A stretch of DNA of 64,000 nt, from NCBI GenBank assembly GCA_047285805.1, contig JBJBCN010000002.1:1328347-1392346 (forward strand), read 5' to 3'. The notes under the pieces were generated by a model, which was not told where the DNA came from, searched no databases, and was given only the letters and a program-made list of their open reading frames with translations. The translations under genes were made by a program, and so were the position numbers. The DNA comes from Synechococcus sp. (lineage in GTDB: Bacteria; Cyanobacteriota; Cyanobacteriia; PCC-6307; Cyanobiaceae). Position 1 is the first letter of the stretch. Each line of letters opens with the position of its first letter. Of the stretch, positions 57,607-64,000 are shown in pieces.

Positions 57607-59000
57607 ATGGCGCGGTGGCCCAGGTTGAACTGGGTGCTCGCCCTGGCTGCCCTGCTCCAGGGATGCAGCACGGCGGGCCAACTGTTCGGCGCCGAGCGTG
57701 TCCCGAACCTCGAGTAACACCCGCAGACCCAGGTGGTCTTCAACCAGCGGTAAGAGAGCCATTACGGCAGCCACATCAGCGACCAATGGCAGGCGAGGGA
57801 GAACCTCGAGGCCCTGATCCTAGAGGCCATTGGCACCGCTCGGTCCCAAATCCCAGTGGCGGTTTAGGAGCTCTCATTGCCCTCCATAGCCCAAGCCTTG
57901 GCCGAACAACACCAGCGTGGCGTCCAGGTGAAGGTGGTGCGGGAGCACCTCTACAGCCAACCCTGGGGTGGGGAGCATGATGCGGCGCTCTCATCCCATC
58001 AACGGCAACGCAAGCGGCAGCTGATTGCCCTCGCGGACCGCAACGGTGACGGCCAGCTATCCGAAGACGGGCACCAGCAAGGGGTTGCCTTCACGATCCT
58101 TCAGCGGGCAGGGGTACCGCTGCTGGATGACACCGCCGATGGCAGCAAGGGCAGCGGGCTCATGCACAGCAAGTACCTGGTCGTGGATGGCCGCACCGTC
58201 ATCATGGGATCGGCCAACTTCACGGCCTCCGGAATCCATGGCGACCCCGGAGCCCCGCCAACCCGGGGCAACGCCAACCATCTGCTGGGGATCGAAAGCC
58301 AGGAGCGGGCCACACGATTCCGAGAAGAATTCGGCCAGATGTGGGGCGACGGCCCAGACGGCCGCAGCGCCAGTCACTTTGGCCTAGCCAAGGGCCAGGG
58401 CGGAACCGAAAGCCTGCGCGTTGGCGACACTCCTGTCCAAGTGCTCTTTACCGCCCATCGCCGGAGTGACCCCGGCAACGGCCTAGCCCTCATCGCCTCG
58501 GTCTTGGCGGAGGTGAAAGAGCAGATCGATCTGGCGCTGTTTGTCTTCTCCGCCCAAGCGCTCACCAACAAGCTGGCCGAGCGCTTAAACCACCAGGTCA
58601 GGCTGCGACTGGTGGCGAACCCGGGCTTCGCCAGCCGACCCTTTTCGGAAGTTTTCGACCTGGTGGAGCTAGCGATGGCCGATCGCGACTGCAGGATCGA
58701 GCAGGGAAACCAACAGCTCCAAGAGAGAGCCGATGGGGTTGGCACGCCGCAGCTGGCCCGCGGCGACAAGCTGCACCACAAGTTCGCCGTGATCGAGAAC
58801 AAAACTGTGATCTCAGGCAGCTTCAACTGGTCACAATCAGCGGCTCACACCAATGACGAAACGCTACTTGTGATCCATTCACCTCAACTTTCCAAGCACT
58901 TCACCCGCCAGATGGATCGCCTTTGGGACAACGCTGAACTGGGGATCAGACCGCGCCTGCAATGCAAACTTGAGCATCATTCGATGCGAAGATGGAGTGG
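57607..59000 (+). pseudogene. PLD-family nuclease lipoprotein pseudogene (cyanobacterial ComA-like); 3' end approximate
   Basis: Lipobox LQGC, in-frame TAA at 57715 and 57751; HSKYLVVD and HHKFAVIE motifs; frame runs on into the next gene. Confidence 0.75.
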
Positions 59001-59077
59001 AGAGGGGCTGAGAAGGGAGAGAGAAGGGCAAATTGGCTGGGGAGGTGGCTTAAAGTCTGCAGACATTCAGGCGGAAG

Positions 59078-61627
59078 ATGGCAGGATTTGGGGAGCAAAA
59101 AGAAAGGAAGAAGAAAAGAGCTCAGCAAAAGCCACAAATAAATGGTGCTAGCCTTCTGAAGAACGCAATACACAACCACCTCCAAGGCGATCTAAAGAAA
59201 GCCGAGACAAATTACAGAGCAGCCATTGATTCCGGCCTGATAAATGTCACATTGTTTTCAAATCTAGGTACTATTTGCCAAACAAGCCAGCGCATAGAAG
59301 AAGCAATCTCGCTTTATAGAAAGGCTATAGAAATAAACGCTGATCACCCAGATACTTACACTAATTTAGGAGGCTTGTACAAAGATCTCGGCGACCTTGA
59401 TCAGGCGCTTGATTCCACTCTCAAGTCCCTAGAGCTCAAGCCTGATAACCCCACTGCCCTCATCAACCTGGGCGGCATCTACCAAGACCTAGGCAAACTT
59501 GATCAGGCTCTTGCCTCAACTCTCAAGTCCCTAGAGCTCAAACCTGATAACCCCACTGCCCTCATGAACCTGGGCGGCATCTACAAAGACCTAGGCAACC
59601 TTGATCAAGCACTTGCCTACACACTCAAATCGTTAGAACTCAAACCTGATAACCCCACTGCCCTCACCAACCTGGGCGGCATCTACATAGATCTCGGCAA
59701 CCTTGATCAGGCTCTTGCCTCCACACTTAAATCCCTAGAACTCAAACCTGACAATCCCGATGCCCTCATGAACCTGGGTGACATCTATAAAGACCTCGGC
59801 AACCTTGATCAAGCACTTTCCTACACACTCAAATCCTTAGAACTCAAACCTGACAACCCCACTGCCCACATGAACCTGGGCGGCATCTATAAAGACCTCG
59901 GCAACCTTGATCAAGCCCTTGCCTCCACTCTCAAATCACTCGAGCTCAAACCTGATAACCCCACTGCCTACATGAACCTGAGCGGGATCTACATAGATCT
60001 CGGCAACCTTGATCAGGCACTTGCCTCCACTCTCAAGTCCCTAGAGCTCAAACCTAATACCCCTGGCGAGATTAATAATCTCAAAGCATTCATCGATGAA
60101 CTAAGTATAAGCCCATCCAACGCCAAGGATGTCACGCAAGCATATGTATTACTACTAAACCAGACGGACATACCACACAAAAAGCTAAGGCGAATATTCT
60201 TGCAAGTATTCTTGCCGACAATCCAAAGGGCATCTACATCAGATCCGATTATCTCTGAAGACAATGAGGCATTAGAAACACTAGCCGCCGACTGGAGATT
60301 TCACAAATCTCTTACCCTACTGACCTCTTCAAGCCCAGAAGTCGAGAAATTTTTCACTAGATTAAGGAAGGAGCTGCTAACACTCACAATTCAAAAGGGC
60401 ACAGTCCCAAAAAAACTAAGACCTTTAACAGAAGCCCTAGCAGCACAGTGTTTTCTAAATGAATACGTTTACTTCACATCACAAGAAGAAGATGTTGCTA
60501 TATCCCAGTTCGTTGAGGCAGCAGCCAATAGCCAGGAAGCTACCAATCGATATCTTACGATTATAGGCTGCTACAAAGCGATTTACACGACAGGAATAAG
60601 TCCGGTATTCATCGGCAATTACCCCACCCCTGATGACAACAGCAAAGAGCTGATTAAAGCTCAATTCAAAGAACCGCTCCTGGAGCAAGAGTTCAAGACT
60701 TCCTTCCAAGAAAAACAGAACATTACCGACGCAACCTCCCAAAGAGTTCAAGAGATGTATGAGGAGAGTCCATATCCCAGATTCAAGTTTTCTAACTACA
60801 CAAACAGCAAGCTAGCAAAGCCTGTTTATAAATCTATTGAGATTGAAACAACCAGAAAATGTCTATCTTTCTCGGAAGAATTAAAGTCCCCTACCGCCGC
60901 ACCAAGCGTCCTGATTGCTGGCTGCGGCACTGGCAATCAAGTAATCTCTGCCAGCCGTTATAAAAATGCTCAAATCACAGCGATTGATCTCAGCAGCAGC
61001 AGCCTGGCATATGCAATAAGAAAGTCAAATGAATATGACATGAATAACGTGTCTTTCAAAAAAATGGATCTGCTCAATATCTCTAAGCTCGAAGCCACAT
61101 TCGACATTATTGAATGTGGTGGTGTTCTCCACCACATGGAGCAACCAGCTGAGGGATTATCGGCACTCGTTCAACAACTTAAGCCTGGTGGATACATCAA
61201 GCTAGGTCTATATAGCGAAATTGCCCGCAAAATCATCGTGGAAGCACGCAAGACAATTCGAACTCTAAGGATCAACAGCTCTCCTGAGGGCATTCGAGAA
61301 TTTAGGAGGAAAGTCCTCCATGAAAAGATGAGAGAACTCGCACCTCTTCAGCAAAGAGGAGATTTTTGGTCGCTGTCGGAATGCCGAGACCTTTGTTTCC
61401 ATGTTCAAGAACATCGCTACACAACAGAAAAACTCCAAAAGCTACTGAATTCTCAGAATCTGACTTTCTGTGGATTCATGGTACCAAAACAGATAAAGAA
61501 ACTCTACCAAGAACGATACCCAGAAGATGGCGACATGACTTCATTGTCTAACTGGGGAAAATTCGAGGAAGAACATCCCTCAACTTTTAATGGCATGTAT
61601 CAATTCTGGGCGCATAAGCCGACCTGA
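59078..61627 (+). CDS. TPR-repeat protein with C-terminal class I SAM methyltransferase
   Basis: 34-aa TPR units, QCFLNEY, MYEESPYPR, LIAGCGTG, GVLHHM. Confidence 0.9.
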   Translation: MAGFGEQKERKKKRAQQKPQINGASLLKNAIHNHLQGDLKKAETNYRAAIDSGLINVTLFSNLGTICQTSQRIEEAISLYRKAIEINADHPDTYTNLGGLYKDLGDLDQALDSTLKSLELKPDNPTALINLGGIYQDLGKLDQALASTLKSLELKPDNPTALMNLGGIYKDLGNLDQALAYTLKSLELKPDNPTALTNLGGIYIDLGNLDQALASTLKSLELKPDNPDALMNLGDIYKDLGNLDQALSYTLKSLELKPDNPTAHMNLGGIYKDLGNLDQALASTLKSLELKPDNPTAYMNLSGIYIDLGNLDQALASTLKSLELKPNTPGEINNLKAFIDELSISPSNAKDVTQAYVLLLNQTDIPHKKLRRIFLQVFLPTIQRASTSDPIISEDNEALETLAADWRFHKSLTLLTSSSPEVEKFFTRLRKELLTLTIQKGTVPKKLRPLTEALAAQCFLNEYVYFTSQEEDVAISQFVEAAANSQEATNRYLTIIGCYKAIYTTGISPVFIGNYPTPDDNSKELIKAQFKEPLLEQEFKTSFQEKQNITDATSQRVQEMYEESPYPRFKFSNYTNSKLAKPVYKSIEIETTRKCLSFSEELKSPTAAPSVLIAGCGTGNQVISASRYKNAQITAIDLSSSSLAYAIRKSNEYDMNNVSFKKMDLLNISKLEATFDIIECGGVLHHMEQPAEGLSALVQQLKPGGYIKLGLYSEIARKIIVEARKTIRTLRINSSPEGIREFRRKVLHEKMRELAPLQQRGDFWSLSECRDLCFHVQEHRYTTEKLQKLLNSQNLTFCGFMVPKQIKKLYQERYPEDGDMTSLSNWGKFEEEHPSTFNGMYQFWAHKPT
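59348..60061 (+). repeat. Seven near-identical 102-bp TPR-coding repeats
   Basis: Unit ~PTALMNLGGIYKDLGNLDQALASTLKSLELKPDN. Confidence 0.92.
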
Positions 61628-61791
61628 GAATGCGACAAATGCCACGCCAGTGTACATTTCCAAAGCAGTAATCATCCGCATAGTCGAAGCATCAATGAAA
61701 TATTGGAACTGATTCATGCCTCATAAAGGGTGATCGCATCACCCAAGCGCGTCAAAGGGTCCCCCGAAGAAACCACCAGGTGGGGTGGCAA

Positions 61792-62232
61792 TCAATCTAA
61801 ATGTACAACGGCAAATTCATCGTCACCCGGCACATCCCTGCATCCAGCGATCCAGACATCAAGAACACCTCGCCGCAACAGACTCAATGGAATTGAGACA
61901 TCAAGCAAGTCAGATTTACCGCAGAGCCATCCCTGCGGTGACTGGTTGAGAAATAACGAACTGGAACAATGTTGTGCATCAATGCGTAGAGGAAGGTCCC
62001 GCTTGAAGCGGCAATCTTGATGCACCTGCCGCCACAAGTTCAGCAGGCTGAGATCACCTTCGATGTCCCATTCACTGGCCGATTTCTTGACTTCAAGGCC
62101 AAAGGCCGCCACCGCTCGCCGCGCTTTGCGGGAGATCTAGGTCTGATCCATATTGAGCCGCTTCGCCACTCGATCCCCGGTGCGCAACCAGACCATGTGG
62201 TCGAGGCAATCCAGTTAATCTAGACCAATCAT
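61792..62232 (-). pseudogene. LysR-like HTH regulator pseudogene, copy 2
   Basis: MIGLD*LDCLDHMVWLRTG...DQT*ISR...GDLSLLN...LRIDA; two in-frame stops. Confidence 0.6.
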
Positions 62233-62528
62233 GGACGTCTCAGCAGCACTCCAGCGCTGGCCGTGATTCAGACAGGAGCTGAGCCCGCCCGCGCAGCTGA
62301 GCGACAAGCTGCCGAAAGATCTCGCTGCCGGCAAACCGGCGCTTCACCACCAGGGAGTCCCCCAGGGTTAGTCCTCTGGAGAAGGGCAACGGAACCTTTG
62401 CACCGCCAAAGCAAGCCACGTGTGGGGGCTGCCGTAGCTGATGGTGATTTGATCTTCGGTGCGCCCCTCCCAACGCCTGGGCTCATGCCGTGTGGCACCC
62501 ACCGGCGCGCGCTCAAGCCCCAAGCCCT

Positions 62529-63109
62529 TCAAATGCACTTGCATCTTGGGAAAGGCACCCTTGGGGAGTGCGAGCACCGGCCCCCCCCCCGCAAACCCTC
62601 GAGCTCCAGAGCCGCGGGATGCACAAACAGTGGGTGGGCCCGGTCCACCAGGAAAAACGCCGGATAGCGGCTGAGGTGAATCACAGAAAAGTCGGGGTCC
62701 TCCTCGGGAAAATCTGGATAGCAACCGATCCAGACATCCAACATGGATTGCCACAGCAAAGCAATGGGGTAGGTGATACAAATGAAGTCGGAGCGCTCGC
62801 CGACCCAGGGCGCAGCCAACCCCTCGAGATAGGGGTCGCCCACGCCATAGATGGCATCAATCCGCAGCTCTTCGCCCTGGGTCCAGCGGTAGAGATGATG
62901 CACATCCCGCTCGGCGTTGAGCAAAGACAGATCCCCACCCAAAGTCCACTCGCCTTCGAGCTTGCGGGCATCGAGCTCGAGGAAATCAGTAACGGACTTG
63001 GCGTTACGCGACACCGTGGACTGATTGCAACCCAAGCGATAGGTTGCCTTCTGCCGGAACGCAGCCAGATCAAATAATCCAGACAGGACAGGCGGAACGG
63101 ATCAAACAT
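62529..63109 (-). pseudogene. LysR-like HTH regulator pseudogene, copy 1
   Basis: CLDYLIWLRSG, frameshift, then GCNQSTVSR...GDLSLLN...LRIDA; paralog of copy 2. Confidence 0.6.
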
Positions 63110-63240
63110 GACTCGGCATCCGTGTCGCTGATCGATGGCGCAAGTCTGTTTATATCGAAAGCGCCCGATTTAAGGATCAGCCCAGGTCCTTTTGGGACTG
63201 CCCGCAACAAGGAGATGGACGCCCCGGCCAGAAGCAGCCG

Positions 63241-63429
63241 CTAACGCCGCGTCCAACGCCACAGCCCCCAGAGCACCAGAACCAAGACCATCCAGGGCAG
63301 CAGGGTCCGCAGCAAGAAGGCCGCCACCACCAAGGCAAGGGCCGACATTGCAACCCGCTTGGTCAGGGCCTTGGCCTCGTCGGTCATGAAGCGCCAGCGC
63401 GGCAGAAGAGGCATCGCTCCCACGGCCAT
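63241..63429 (-). CDS. Small membrane protein
   Basis: Hydrophobic LLRTLLPW...LW.W; start may be the downstream ATG (MTDEAK). Confidence 0.55.
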   Translation of the reverse strand: MAVGAMPLLPRWRFMTDEAKALTKRVAMSALALVVAAFLLRTLLPWMVLVLVLWGLWRWTRR

Positions 63430-63785
63430 GGAACCCCATTTCTAGCGAGCCGCGATGAAGAAGGGTGACCTGATAGCCGCCCTTGGCACCAGAGCGCCCG
63501 GACAAGGGCCGCCTGTTAGCACCTAACCCTCTACCAAGGGAAAGCTAGGCCGGCAAAAAATGGGACAACCGTGGCGCTAGAAGATAGCCAAACACAGGCT
63601 CCGATTTCAGAAGAGGAAGGCAGGGACAATCCACAAAAAACGAGCAATAAAAAATACGAAAATCAACCCTTATAAAACAACTGTTCAACTCAGACACTAC
63701 TTAAAAAGGTGATATTCAGAGCTTCAAGCCAATGGCTGAGTTTTAAGTACCAGTCCACAGGAGAAGAACCATAGACATCAACTGT

Positions 63786-64000
63786 CTATAGCTCATCAAG
63801 CTGTACCTCAGCCGCAGGAACCTCCGCACCCTCAGGAGTTGACGCCCCTTCACTCTCAATGACTTCCACTTCATTGACCTCTACCTCACCCGCAGGAACC
63901 TCCGCACCCTCAGGAGTTGACGCCCCTTCACTCTCAATGACTTCCACTTCATTGACCTCTACCTCACCCGCAGGAACCTCCGCACCCTCAGAAGTTGACG
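63786..64000 (-). CDS. C-terminus of an acidic repeat protein (5' part outside the window)
   Basis: Open frame ending TAG at 63786, with 26-aa repeats ASTPEGAEVPAGEVEVNEVEVIESEG. Confidence 0.6.
   Translation of the reverse strand, partial: STSEGAEVPAGEVEVNEVEVIESEGASTPEGAEVPAGEVEVNEVEVIESEGASTPEGAEVPAAEVQLDEL
63804..64000. repeat. 78-bp tandem repeat (at least 2.5 copies)
   Basis: ccgcaggaacc at 63812, 63890 and 63968. Confidence 0.92.

Noticed and set aside
63804..64000. Possible CRISPR array
   Set aside because: Contiguous repeats with no unique spacers, length a multiple of 3, no cas genes

Overview
Picocyanobacterial (Synechococcus/Cyanobium-like) chromosomal window. Positions 1-21043 are a genomic island of three mobile elements stacked in tandem at the 3' end of a two-piece (permuted) tmRNA gene (minus strand, ~21006-21276). 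A 38-nt copy of the tmRNA end recurs at 2125, 11660 and 21006. The two complete elements are 9535 and 9346 bp att-to-att. Each carries a tyrosine integrase, an excisionase-like HTH gene, a replication gene, its own tandem 11-12 bp repeat motif at both ends and uncharacterised cargo. Cargo includes a shared secreted-protein gene pair, a duplicated coiled-coil/HeH operon, an HNH nuclease, a TerS-like operon and a candidate sRNA. They resemble tycheposons/phage satellites. A third, partial element carries a FutA-like iron-binding protein. Positions 21.3-57.6 kb are mostly core genome (smc, msrB, tRNA-Leu, accC, psbX, rpsU, def, mtnA, sufBCDS/sufR, ftrC, cpcG) with a decayed comM. From 57.6 kb there is a decayed PLD-family nuclease followed by an AT-richer region with a TPR-methyltransferase, pseudogenes and a 78-bp tandem repeat. 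All family calls are by motif recognition; no database search was run.
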